The translations under genes were made by a program, and so were the position numbers. Shown here in pieces: positions 1 through 10,175 of a stretch of DNA of 23,065 nucleotides. Source of the stretch: Chiloscyllium plagiosum (taxonomy: Eukaryota); contig NC_057750.1 of assembly GCF_004010195.1 (NCBI RefSeq), positions 1,312,808-1,335,872 of the forward strand, in the 5' to 3' direction. Below the pieces are notes generated by a model. That model ran no database searches and had not been told where the DNA came from. It saw nothing but the letters and a program-made list of their open reading frames with translations. How positions within the stretch are numbered: position 1 is the first letter of the stretch; every line of letters begins with the position of its first letter.

Positions 1-1215
1 CCTCTAACCTGCTTTTGTTGCCATATTATACACTTGACTGGTCGAGCACAGTGTCTGGTCAATGGTAACCCCCAGGATGTTAATAATTCAGTGATGGTAA
101 CACCATTGAATTTCAAGGGGTGAAGATTAGATTCTTTCTTGTTGGAGATGGTCATTTCCTAGCATTTGCTGCAGTTACACGTGGACCACTTCAGTATCTA
201 AGGATTGGGAATGGTGCTGAGCATTGTGCAATTATTGGCGACCATCCCCACTTCTGACCTTATGATGGAGGGAAGGTCATTAATGGAGCAGCTGAAGGTG
301 GTTGGACCTAGGACACTACCCTGAGGGACTCCTGCAGAGATGTCCTGGAGCTGAGATGACTGACCTCCAACAATCCCAACATCTTCCTGTGTACCAGGTA
401 TGACTCCAACCAGTGGAGAGTTTGTCCCCTGGTACCCACTGATTCCAGTTTTCTCAGGGCTCCGTCATGCCCTGATGCTCAAATGAAGCCTTGATGTCAA
501 GAGTCATCTCTCTCACCTCCCTTCTGGAAGTCACTCTTTTGTCCATGTTTGATTCAAGGCTGTAATGAGGTCAGGAGCTGAGTGGTCATGGGGGATCCCA
601 AACTGGGTGTCACTGAGCAGGTTATTACTGAGCAGGTGCTGCTTGATAGCACTCTCTATTCGATTCTCCTGCTCCTCGGATGCTGCCTGACCTGTTGTGC
701 TTTTCCAGAACCACTCTGATCTAAACTCTGGTTTCCAGCATCTGCAGTCCTCACTTTTGCCTAGCACTGTCGATGACCCCTTTCATCATTTTACTGATGA
801 TGGAGATGGATTGATTGGGCAGTAATTGGACCGGTTGGATTTGTCAAGCTTTTTATGTATGGGACATACCTGGGCAATTTTCCACATTGTCAGGTAGATG
901 TCAATGTTGTAACTGTACTGGAACAGCTTGGATAGGGGAGCGGCAAGTTCTGGAGCACAAGTCTTCAGTACAACTGTACAATGTGTCAGGACCTGTGGGC
1001 TTTGCAGTGAAGACTGGTATCTGTAAAGCTGGGGACCGCTAGAGGAAGCCAATCCACTCGGCATTTCTGGCTGAGGTTTCAGCCTCCTCTTTCACACTGA
1101 TGTGCTGGGTTCTTCCATTGGTGAGGTTGGGGAGCTTTCTGCAGCCCCCACCTGCTGTTAGTTGTTTAATTGTCTACCACCATTCCTGACTGGGCATGGT
1201 AGGGTTTCAGAGCTT
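1..1215 (-). mobile_element. Decayed non-LTR retrotransposon ORF2 (reverse transcriptase region), CR1/L2/jockey-group, interrupted at 654-761
   Basis: Minus-strand ORF pieces CAPELAAPLSKLFQYSYNIDIYLTMWKIAQVCPIHKKLDKSNRSNYCPI and ESAIKQHLLSNNLLSDTQFG resemble the conserved LINE pre-RT/RT motifs (WK.A.V.P..K...NYRPI; L...QFGF). Frameshifted. Confidence 0.85.
654..761 (+). mobile_element. Short Penelope-like pLTR fragment with 3' tail, inserted in a LINE
   Basis: Shares GATGCTGCCTGACCTG...TTTTCCAG...CCAGCATCTGCAGTCCTCACTT with the copies at 1542 and 19201. Flanked by direct repeat TAGCACT (647-653, 762-768). Confidence 0.75.
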
Positions 1216-1541
1216 GGTTGTGAGATTATTAAGCTCAATCTGTTCCCAGGTATCCTGATATGTACAGAATTGCACCGGGTCACCAGGAGCTAGTCACTGA
1301 TGTTAAGAATGTGAGAGATTCAAGGGAGCGGTATCAAGAAATCAGTGCTCACATAAAGTTATGGCTGTGTTCCTGTGAATCAAGATTTTAAGTGAAATAA
1401 CTTTAAGTGTGATATTAATTCCCATAGGAATCAACACTCAAGCCAGGGTTAGGTTCCCACGGACATTGTTTTAAACCGTGAAGTAACCACGTTCAGGCTG
1501 AAGTACTGTGCCATTAATGTGCCGTACTCTGTACAGTATCA

Positions 1542-1754
1542 GAGCTGCAAATGTGTTGCTGGAAAAGCGCAGCAGGTCAGGCAGCATCCAAGGAACAGGA
1601 GAATCGACGTTTCGGGCATAAGCCCTTCTTCAGGAATCGGGCTTATGCCCGAAACGTCAATTCTCCTGTTCCTTGGATGCTGCCTGACCTGCTGCGCTTT
1701 TCCAGCAACACATTTTCAGCTCTGATCTCCAGCATCTGCAGTCCTCACTTCCTC
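1542..1754. mobile_element. Fold-back Penelope-like mini-element (inverted pLTR + pLTR + tail)
   Basis: ~84 bp inverted arms 1542-1625 / 1639-1722, then a 32 nt unpaired tail. Perfect 15 bp TSD CTCTGTACAGTATCA (1527-1541, 1755-1769). Confidence 0.8.
1602..1637 (-). ncRNA. Minimal type I hammerhead ribozyme motif
   Basis: Reverse complement reads ATTC CTGAAGA A GGGC TTAT GCCC GAAAC GTC GATT. Core is intact; stem I has 3 of 4 pairs. Confidence 0.65.
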
Positions 1755-2093
1755 CTCTGTACAGTATCACTCCAGCTCACGGCAACAAGAGTATGAGTCA
1801 GTGAGAAGAATTATCTGGGCAGGAGCACCAGGGGAGTACTTCCTGTGTACTAGGGGCTATATAAATGCTAATATTTGTTGTTGAGCTCACTCCCACCCAC
1901 AATAGTAAAAGAAACTGTGAGATTTCATTGACAGAAGGCTGACTGATGTAAGGGATTGTTGATGAATAATTTAAATAAATAGTTAGTATAGAGGCCTTGA
2001 CACCTGCTCACTGCTTTTAAAGAATCCATTTACCGCCATTAGCGTCTCCCTAGTAGATTTACTTTCCACATTTGTACTGGGAGCTTGGCTGAT

Positions 2094-2186
2094 TGCAGTG
2101 CAGTGGTAGTGTCCCTAGCTTTGGACCAGGAGGCCTAGGTTAAAGTCCCACCTGCTCCAAAGGTGCATAATATTTGATTAGAAAAT
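2094..2186 (+). mobile_element. tRNA-derived SINE head fragment
   Basis: A-box-like GCAGTGGTAG and B-box-like GGTTAAAGTCC. Closely similar to 15746-15839. Confidence 0.65.
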
Positions 2187-2857
2187 AGTGTCTTTTTTTA
2201 AAGTCAGTCCCACAACAAAGGTTTTTATTCTAACTAACATTGATTCTGACAAAGGTTGTGATTCCAAACCCCTGTCCTTTCAGACACTGCCTGATTGACT
2301 GAATGCAGAATTCCTACGTTTGCTGTTTCTACCTGAAGTGAATAACCACTCAGACACCCCCCACCACTCAGCAAGTGCTGATCTTCTGTTTCGTTTCTGT
2401 TCATCAGGAATTGATTCACCCCCAACATCTCCTGCAATCCACCAATTTGTTTTTTAAATGGGATATGGCAAAGCTATTTAATGACTGAAGCAATGTTTTT
2501 ATAAATTACTATCGTTTAGCAAGTGCAAGTCCCAGGAACGAAGCTCTGGCCTCCTCATTAGCTGAGTTTAAGGTGCTATTTAATCTATAGATAGGGACAC
2601 TCCTTTAGAATGTCCATCAGAACTGAATCTTATCTGCATTCAGTTTAAATCATCGAGCTCAGCTCACCACACAGATTCACATAGTACAGAAGGAGGCCAT
2701 TCGGCCCACTATGCCCATCCCTGTGTTGGTTTTGCTCAAACTATACAAGGCACTCAACAGACCATGACGGGAAACTGTCAACTGTTGTGGCCTATTGTCT
2801 AAGGAAAGAGAGACTGGCATTGGAGGCGGTCCCGAAGGTTTTCTAGGGATATAGAGA

Positions 2858-3180
2858 GGGGCAGTGGCTTACTGGTTAGCACTGCTGCCTCACAGCGCCA
2901 GGGACCTAGGTACAATTCCACCCTCAGGAAACTGGCTGTGTGGAGATTACATATTCTCCCCATGTCTGTGTGAGTTTCCCCCCACTGTTCAAAGCTGACT
3001 GATTGGGTGGATTGGCCATGGGAAATTGCCCATGATGTGCAGGCTAGGTGGATTGGCCATGGGAAATGCAGGGTTATGGGGCTACAGCAGGAAGGTGGAT
3101 CTAGGTGGGATGCTCATTGGCGGGTCAGAATAGACTTGATGGGCTGAATGGCCTGCTTCCCCACTGAAGGGACTCTTTAA
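2858..3180 (+). mobile_element. HE1-like (V-SINE) tRNA-derived SINE
   Basis: GGTTAGCACTGCTGCCTCACAGCGCCAGGGACC head, TGTGTGGAG..TTCTCCCC.TGTCTG V-domain-like body and a CR1-like tail GATGGGCTGAATGGCCTG. Two further copies in the window. Confidence 0.8.
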
Positions 3181-3493
3181 CCCTCTTGTGAGGTGAGGTT
3201 GGGAAGTGAAGAAGAATGTGAGACCAAGTCACTGAAAGTTTCAAGATACAGCTTCAATACTGAAAGTTTGTTTCACCTTGTGGGAGTGCTTCGGACCAGA
3301 GTAAGGGATCATCCAATTAAGACAGAGATGAGGAGGAATTTCTTCTCTCAGACCGTGAAGAGTCCTTTGTCACAGAGGGCTGGGTCATTAACTATGTTCA
3401 AGGCTGGAACAGAGAGATTTTTAGTCAGGAACGGAATTATGGGCTAGAATGTAGAATAGAGTTTAGAATTAGGTTTATTGCTACTTGTACACA

Positions 3494-4148
3494 AGAAGGT
3501 GTTTGGTATGCTTTCCTTTATTGGTCAGAGTACTGAGTACAGGAGTTGGGAGGTCATGTTGCGGCTATACAGGACATTGGTTAGGCCACTGTTGGAATAT
3601 TGCGTGCAATTCTGGTCTCCTTCCTATTGGAAAGATGTTGTGAAACTTGAAATGGTTCAGAAAAGATTTACAAGGATGTTGCCAGGGTCGGACGATTTGA
3701 GCTACAGGGAGAGGCTGAACATCCTGGGGCTGTTTTCCCTGGAGTGTCAGAGGCTGAGGGGTGACCTTATAGAGGTTTATAAAATCATGAGGGGCATGGA
3801 TAGGATAAATAGACAAAGTCTCTTCCCTGGGGTGGGGGTGAGTCCAGAACTAGAGGGCATAGGTTGAGGGTGAGAGGGGCAAAATATAAAAGGGACCTAA
3901 GAGTCAATTTTTTCACACAAGTGGTGGTACGTGTATGGAATGAGCTGCCAGAGAATGTGGTGGAGGCTGGTACAATTGCAACATTTAAGAGGCATTTGGA
4001 TGGGTATATGAATAGGAAGGGTTTGGAGGGATATGGGCCAGGTGCTGGCAGGTGGGACTAGATTGGGTTGGGATATCTGGTCGGCATGGACAGGTTGGAC
4101 CGAAGGGTCTGTTTCCGTGCTGTACATCGCTATGACACTACGACTCTA
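3494..4148 (+). mobile_element. 5'-truncated CR1 (HER1-like) LINE, ORF2 C-terminus and 3' UTR, relatively young
   Basis: LYRTLVRPLLEYCVQFWSP, VQKRFTRMLPG, RLRGDLIEVYKIM and FFTQ..VRVWNELP motifs. One frameshift near 3840. Ends in CTATGAC-like short repeats. Confidence 0.93.
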
Positions 4149-4904
4149 AGTACAGGAGTACGGTGAAAAGTTTACAATGTCCCCCTCATAGCACAACGTA
4201 GGTGCAAAGTACCTAAGTATAAATCTTATATAAAAAATAGAGAAATAAAGAAACAACTGTGATATAATCGTACTGTTGTTCATGATATTAGTTAGAAAAC
4301 CAAGTACTAAAGTTAAAAAGATAAACATTACAGTCTTTCGATAAAGGGCCTGCAGTAGAACGACACAGGTTATGGAGAAAATGCAGGAAAGTGGAGTTCA
4401 GACTTATCAGGTCAACCATGATCGTATTGAATGGGAGAACAGACCCAACGGGCTAAGTGGCCTCCAGCTGCTCCGACATTATTTGGTTTTAAGGCTCTGT
4501 GGAAGAGCTGTTCTAATTCGTCACTGTTCACATGTTCAGGAGTGAAAGCCTTGGCTCCTCTGAGTCTCACTGAGAGACCGATGCTCTCCTTGCTGAGGTC
4601 AGCTTCTGCAGCTCAGGCAAACTGTGAAAGTTGGGAGACTCCTGACCACGCAGTCCAGTTACTCATCGCCCCAACTCTTCAAACTACAAGAGTTTGAATC
4701 TCCTCTCGCCAAAGATTATTGAAGGATTCCAAATGTTTTCAACTTAGGTACAAAATCAATCCTTGACAGAGTCTGTAAGGCCGAGGGTTGTGGGACTGAG
4801 GAGATAACTCCAGTACCTTACACAGAGAGTAAGCAATATGGGGACCAAACCCTTCAAGAAAAGAAATCTGATGTTTTTAATGTAATTCAGGACAGCATTA
4901 GCAA

Positions 4905-5194
4905 ATAGAACAGAATCCCTACAGTGTGGAAGCAGATCATTTGGTCCATATTTGACACTCTTAAGACATCCCCCACAGGCCCATTCCCCCTATCCCTGTA
5001 ACCCTGCATTTCCCATGGCTAACCCACTTAGCCTGCACATCAATGGACACTATGGCCATGCCACCTAACCTGAACATCTTTGGACTGTGGGAGGAAACCC
5101 ACACCGACACGGGGAGGATGTGCAAACTCTACTCAGACGGTCACCCAGGGAATCGAACCTGGATCCCTGGTGCTCTGAGGTAGCAGTGCTAACT
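4905..5194 (-). mobile_element. HE1-like SINE
   Basis: Reverse-complement similarity to 2858-3180 and direct similarity to 7884-8181. Confidence 0.8.
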
Positions 5195-5279
5195 CAGAGA
5201 AGGGCATCATTCCCAGAGAAGGCTTGGTTAGAAGGGTTTGGCAGGTATCATGTAATGATGTAAGGTGGAAGTGGGGGTT

Positions 5280-5460
5280 AGAATCTAGATTAGAGTGGAG
5301 CTGGAAAAGCGCAGCAGGTCAGGCAGCATCCGAGGAGCAGGAAAATTCGATGTTTTGAGCAAAAGCCCTTCATCAGGAATGGGTTTTTGCCTGAGACGTC
5401 GGTTCTCCTGCTCCTCGGATGCTGCCTGACCTGCTGCGCTTTCCCAGCACCACACTAATC
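5280..5460. mobile_element. Fold-back Penelope-like mini-element, older, second subfamily
   Basis: Inverted arms from ~5288 to 5460 with turn-around at 5380/5381. Minus strand 5345-5380 reads ATTC CTGATGA A GGGC TTTT GCTC AAAAC ATC GAAT, a decayed hammerhead. Shares GCTCCTCGG with 654-761. Confidence 0.75.
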
Positions 5461-6379
5461 ATGTAAAGATGTATCACCTAAACACTGGGGTGGACCAGAG
5501 GGCTATTCTACTGTCTTGTTTATCCAGGTTAGGTTTCAGAGTTGGCGACTGAAAGAACAAAATAAATGGAACGGAGTGAAACAACTGACATTGATCAAGG
5601 TCACAGTTCAATGCATTATCTGTTAGAATCATTCTGAGATATTGATGTCCAATATGTAATGCCAGGTTTAACATTATTTGGGGGAAGATCTATGATACAG
5701 ACTTGACACTGTCATTCTCCAACACCCGTGATTTATTTCTCTCATAAATCCGAGAACACATGTTCTTGTGGTAAGGTAACAGACAGAACAGACAACGCCA
5801 ACTGCCCGCACTAAAGGGAGTGAGCAAGAACTGACTCATTATTGTACATTAATATCCATGAGTTATATATCAGAGGGAAATACTTTTGTGAACTGTTAGG
5901 AAATTGTGAACTGATTTTTTGTCCCAAGTAAAGGTTTATTTTTAGCAAATTTATTTGAATTAAATTTAATAATAATGGGCACTGATGCGACTTGAAAAGT
6001 TCAACATTTATTTGGTGTAAAAACACTTCATCTAATTAATAAACACCCACAACAACATCTCATTGCAGACGGTAGTTTGAGAAATTAATCACTGCTGAGC
6101 AATCGAGGTCAGTCAACACAAATTCGATTTCTTATTTAGGGAAGAAATTTGGCACAAACTGCTTCACTAAAGATTAAAGCAACCAAAAAGATACAGTGTT
6201 GATCAGCAGCAAAATGTAAACATGGACTTCAATTAACTCCAATTTATTTTCCTATTTCCTGCTTTCTGCAGCATCATTTTTGAAAATTTCAATCGCACCA
6301 GAAAGTCACTGACCCTTTCACTCTGCTAATCTGCCAGTGAATTGTTCCATCAAGTGATGCAAATGCTGGAAGGTTGGTG

Positions 6380-6452
6380 AAACATAGAAAGGTCCTCCGA
6401 TCCTGCTCTCTCCCCATACCCTTTGATCCCTTTAGCCCTAAGAACTATATCT
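6380..6452 (-). mobile_element. Short CR1 3' fragment
   Basis: AACATAGAA...TCCCCATACCCTTTGATCCCTTTA, typical of the reverse complement of CR1 3' ends. Confidence 0.45.
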
Positions 6453-6777
6453 GCTTTATTCAACCTCAAGTCTTCAATGTTTCAAAGTAGAAGCTTTCTC
6501 GTTAAATGATTGCCACAAACTTCCCAAAAACTGACCCAGCTCTTAAAACAGCCATTGTTTTCGGGAGGTCCATCCCCAGGTTCAGTCCAGAATGCTCTAA
6601 TTGCATGGGTAATATTTTGCTTTAATGTATTTTGGTACATTTTGTGAAGACCGAAAGTTCAGAAAAGTGACTCCAAATACAGTGAAGACTGATCTCACCC
6701 CATCTCACCTGTTCTTGCACCAGCAACTGCTGAAGCTCTATCCCAACTTAAATCAGTAAAATCAGAGCAGAACTTGG

Positions 6778-6850
6778 AATAAAATCCAAAAATGCTAGAA
6801 TTACCCAGCAGATCTGGCAGCTATTCTCTGGACAGAAATACAGTTAATGG
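6778..6850 (-). mobile_element. Highly diverged Penelope-like pLTR remnant
   Basis: AAATGCTAGAA..ACCCAGCAGATCTGGCAGC resembles AAATGCTAGAGATCACAACTGGTCAGGCAGC (~19030) and CAGCAGGTCAGGCAGC in the younger copies. Confidence 0.45.
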
Positions 6851-6944
6851 ACAGAATCTTGGCTCTGATCAATGTGTGGTGATAGACGTAAACAGGGGAT
6901 CATGGGTTACAGGTTGAGGGGAGACAGGAGCTATATTTCCTTTG

Positions 6945-7760
6945 ACTCACCTAGCTGCTGTACAGACCTCAGAGATCGAATGTTCTGAGACCTAAACTGC
7001 ACATAATGCTCCAGGTGTACTCTCACTGAGGCTCAATATAACTGCAGCAAGACAGCCCTACAGCTTACTCCAACCCTCTTTCAATGAAAGTCAATTGATC
7101 ATTTGCCTTCCTCATTGCTTGTTGGACCTGCCTGTTTGCTTTCACTGACATGATGTATGAGGATATCCAGATCCCTTTGAAAATTCACATTTGTCAATAT
7201 GTCACCATTCACTTCTTTCTAAGGGAAACCTAAATTTCTCTTTACTAATTTGTTTTTCCCATCACATATTTATAAAAGCCTTTATTATCAGTATTTATGT
7301 TCCTTGCAATTGTTCTCTCATACTCTATTTTTCCCTTCTTGTTAAACTTTACTAACAATGCTACCCCACCTCCTTTCCCTTTTTGTCTGTTATTCCTGAA
7401 TAATGAATACCACTGGATGTTCAGTTCCCAAATGTGGCCACCCCACAACCATATCTCCCCAATCACATGTTTCTTTTTGCACTGCTAATTAATCCACTCT
7501 ACCATGAATGCTCTATGCATTAAGACACAAAGCCTTCAGACTTGTCTTTAATCTTGTGAGCTATCTCAGCTTTGTTTTGCACCATTTGTTTCTCACCCTT
7601 GATTTTTATGCTTTCCAGTTTTGCTTCTTACTCTTCTGTCTTTTGTTTCTCTCCTGGCTTCTCCCTTGTCTGGCTCCCTGCTCATCTTCCCATCCTCCTG
7701 CCATTCTAGTTCGACTTCTCCCTGATGTCACTAGTAAAGACCCTTCTGAGGGCACTGTTC
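6945..7760 (-). mobile_element. Internally deleted CR1 LINE (endonuclease, linker and post-RT pieces)
   Basis: ORF 7245-7466 contains WELNIQWYSLFRNNRQKGKGGGVALLVK (APE endonuclease motif) joined to KIEYERTIARNINTDNKGFYKYV (linker). 6945-7210 resembles the C-terminal ORF2 region. Confidence 0.75.
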
Positions 7761-7761
7761 C

Positions 7762-7880
7762 TACAAAGAACAATTAATCACAGGAACAAGCCCTTCAGCC
7801 CTCCAAGCCTGCACTGACACATTTTGCCCTTCCATACTAAAGCTGTCTTTACTTACAGGATCCACATCCCTCTATTCATG
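7762..7880 (-). mobile_element. CR1 3' end fragment
   Basis: ACAAAGAACAATTAATCACAGGAACAAGCCCTTCAGCCC resembles the terminus of the CR1 at 10176. Confidence 0.6.
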
Positions 7881-7883
7881 GGT

Positions 7884-8181
7884 AATCATAGAATCCCTAC
7901 AATGTGGAAGCTGATGATTTGATCCATCAAGTCCACACCGACCCTCTAAGAATCACCTCACCTGGACCCAATGCCTCCTACCCTAACCCTGCATTTCCCA
8001 TAGCTAACCCACCCTAACATATACATCTTTGGACTGTGGGAGGAAACCACAGCACCCAGACGACCATGCAGATACGGGGAGAATGTGCAAATTCCACACA
8101 GACAGTCACCCAAAGGTGGGATTGAACCTACGTCCCTGGTGCTAGATGGTAGAGTGCTAGCCACTAAGCCACAGTGCCACC
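7884..8181 (-). mobile_element. HE1-like SINE, near full length
   Basis: Reverse complement has a tRNA-like head (GGTGGCACTGTGGCTTAGTGGCTAGCAC...GGTTCAATCCC), a V-domain-like body and a CR1-like tail. Confidence 0.85.
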
Positions 8182-8759
8182 ATTCCCTTCCTATTCATGA
8201 TTCTGATCCTGATTCTACCCAGATACTTAGGTCCTTAACGGTTCACCAATTGGTCATTTTGACAATTAATTACTTTAGTGTCTCATTTGGGGCAACCCAT
8301 TGCCAGAGGTGGTACAAAAATGGCTGCTCATGGATTTTTAGTTTGTAAAGATGACAGAGAAGATTTTCAGTTGCAGTAAGACCTTGTTTCCTCCAGCATT
8401 ATGGTAAGATCATAAGTTAGAACAATGGAAGCTAAGAGAAGATAAATTCAAGGTAACAGATGGAACAAAGAATCTTACAAATTAAAATACAGCAAGTTCA
8501 GGACAAAGTCACAGCCGCAGATATCTCTAACCGCAGTCTGATAAGGGTTGTTTGGGAACAGACAGTCCAAAGTTTGTTGTTTAGCATGAATTAAAAGTAT
8601 GAACCCTCTGTGGGATCAATGGAGACTCTTTAGGTAATTAAATGTTGAGAAATTGAGAAATGCAACTTATATCAGACAGAGAGCTACAGATAATGGAGAG
8701 GAGTCCCATCCCATTGGCAGGAGCTCCAACTGACAAATGGGTAAACAGGTGACCTGTAA

Positions 8760-8795
8760 ATTCCTGAAGAAGGGCATGTGCCCGAAACGTCGAAT
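8760..8795 (+). ncRNA. Minimal type I hammerhead ribozyme motif (best copy)
   Basis: ATTC CTGAAGA A GGGC ATGT GCCC GAAAC GTC GAAT. Perfect 4 bp stem I, stem II and intact core. Predicted cleavage after C8791. Confidence 0.7.
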
Positions 8796-8856
8796 CTCCT
8801 GTTCCCTGGATGCTGCCTGACCTGCTGTGCTGTTCCAGCAATAAAGTTTCAGCTCA
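8760..8856 (+). mobile_element. Solo Penelope-like pLTR without tail
   Basis: Same sequence as one arm of the 1542 and 19201 elements, ending at CAGCTC. 11 bp TSD GACCTGTAAAT (8751-8761, 8857-8867). Confidence 0.8.
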
Positions 8857-9460
8857 GACCTGTAAATGGCACCAGCTTGAAATAGACAAATTAATCAGTG
8901 GCAGCTTCCCAAACTAAATGAGTGAATCCAAATAATGAAGGAGACAGTGCGAATGAATTCTTACATCCGACAAACAAAGGCCGAAGGAATGAGACACCGT
9001 GTAAAATCTTAGGAATTCAGACAGGATTCTTGAGCTGGGAAAGTGATTAAGTTTCGGTCTTATTAATGGAATTTGAAAAGATGTTTTCTTATTAAGTAAA
9101 ATAGTGTAGAAATATTTAGAGCAGTGAGAGTAAATTTCAATTTGGAAGCAATCTCTTGTTTAAAACACACTTAGTGCGAGCATGTGAATAGAAGGAGTTA
9201 TCATTTCAGCTACAAGATACAGGGACAGTGTTTGTTTAACATTCCAAGGTCAGGTGAGAAAGAAGTTGCTCACAACTCGTTGAATAAAGAAGTCTGACAT
9301 TAAGTGTTACTATATAACTTGATATATAACTAACTTTATATTAGAACTGACAATATGAATTTTATAGCAATGCGTACGAATTAGCATCTTTTTGTATCTC
9401 CTGTAGTAACTTCAGGGACTGGAATGAAAATTAATAGGATACATTGTGAGATCCCAAAGA

Positions 9461-9845
9461 CTAGAAGGTTGAGAGGCAACCTTATAGAAGTTTATAAAAT
9501 AATAAGGGTAGATAGAGTTAATAGTAGTTGTCTTTTCCCTAGGGTGGGAGATTTCAAGACTAGGGGGCACATTTTTAAGGTGAGAGGAGAGAGATTTAAA
9601 AAAGGTATGAGAGATAAATGTTTTACACTGGGGGTAGTTCACAAGTGAAATGAACTTCCTGAGGAAGCGGTGGATGTGTATACAGTTATAACATTTAAAA
9701 GACATTTGGATAAGTGCATGAATGGAAAAGGTTTGGAGGGAAATGGGCCAGGAGCAGGCAGGTGGGACTAGTTTAGTTTGGGATTATGTTTGGGACGGCC
9801 TGGTTAGACTGAAGGGTCTGTTTCTGTGCTGTAAGACTCTGTAAC
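9461..9845 (+). mobile_element. 5'-truncated CR1 LINE 3' end
   Basis: RRLRGNLIEVYKII...TRGHIFKVRGERFK. The 3' UTR is similar to 4020-4148. Confidence 0.9.
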
Positions 9846-10175
9846 TGGTGATAAAGCTGTATGGTAAACACATTGAGATCATGGGCAAACCTGGGGTTGG
9901 CTATAGGGGTTTCAATCAGTGATTGGGCTTTTACAGGACTGGATGTTTAAGTTACAGGTTTGGAACAATGATATCAATGTTATATGCGATTATTATAACT
10001 CGAAGGGTGTAAAAGTGTTGTATTCAGCTGGGGAAGCCAGCATGCCACTGACCTCTTCTTCAATCTGAGATGAGTTTAAAAGGGCAGGTGGGCCCCATGT
10101 GAAAGCCAGATTCAGAGTGGTCTCTGGCCTCTCCCACTCCCTTGTGGTAAAGGAACTCCAAATAAAGATCAATTT

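Larger units (their letters stand above)
2795..4490 (+). mobile_element. Old CR1-like LINE 3' region, split by nested insertions (pieces ~2795-2857, ~3181-3445, ~4366-4490)
   Basis: Degenerate LEAVxRRF and IKTEMRRNFFSQ motifs, plus a CR1-type 3' UTR ending ...GGGCTAAGTGGCCTCCAGCTGCTCC. Confidence 0.6.

Noticed and set aside
1542..1754. MITE or pre-miRNA interpretation of the palindromes
   Set aside because: Long variable TSDs (7-15 bp), a one-sided tail, differing central junctions and solo arms fit retrotransposition better.
1519..1796. Short ORFs (KCVAGKAQQVRQHP...), also at 8638-8841 and 19248-19616
   Set aside because: They recur only because they translate the same non-coding repeat.
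2858..2925. tRNA gene (also 2094, 12655 and 15746)
   Set aside because: A/B-box-like motifs run into SINE bodies, and no complete cloverleaf is seen.
4431..4697. 88 aa ORF and open frames on the opposite strand
   Set aside because: It starts inside a CR1 3' UTR, has no recognisable domain and lacks a convincing splice-site pair.
8389..8409. Possible 7 nt microexon (TCCTCCAG|CATTATG|GTAAGA)
   Set aside because: It would shift the frame, has no gene context and is expected by chance in 23 kb.
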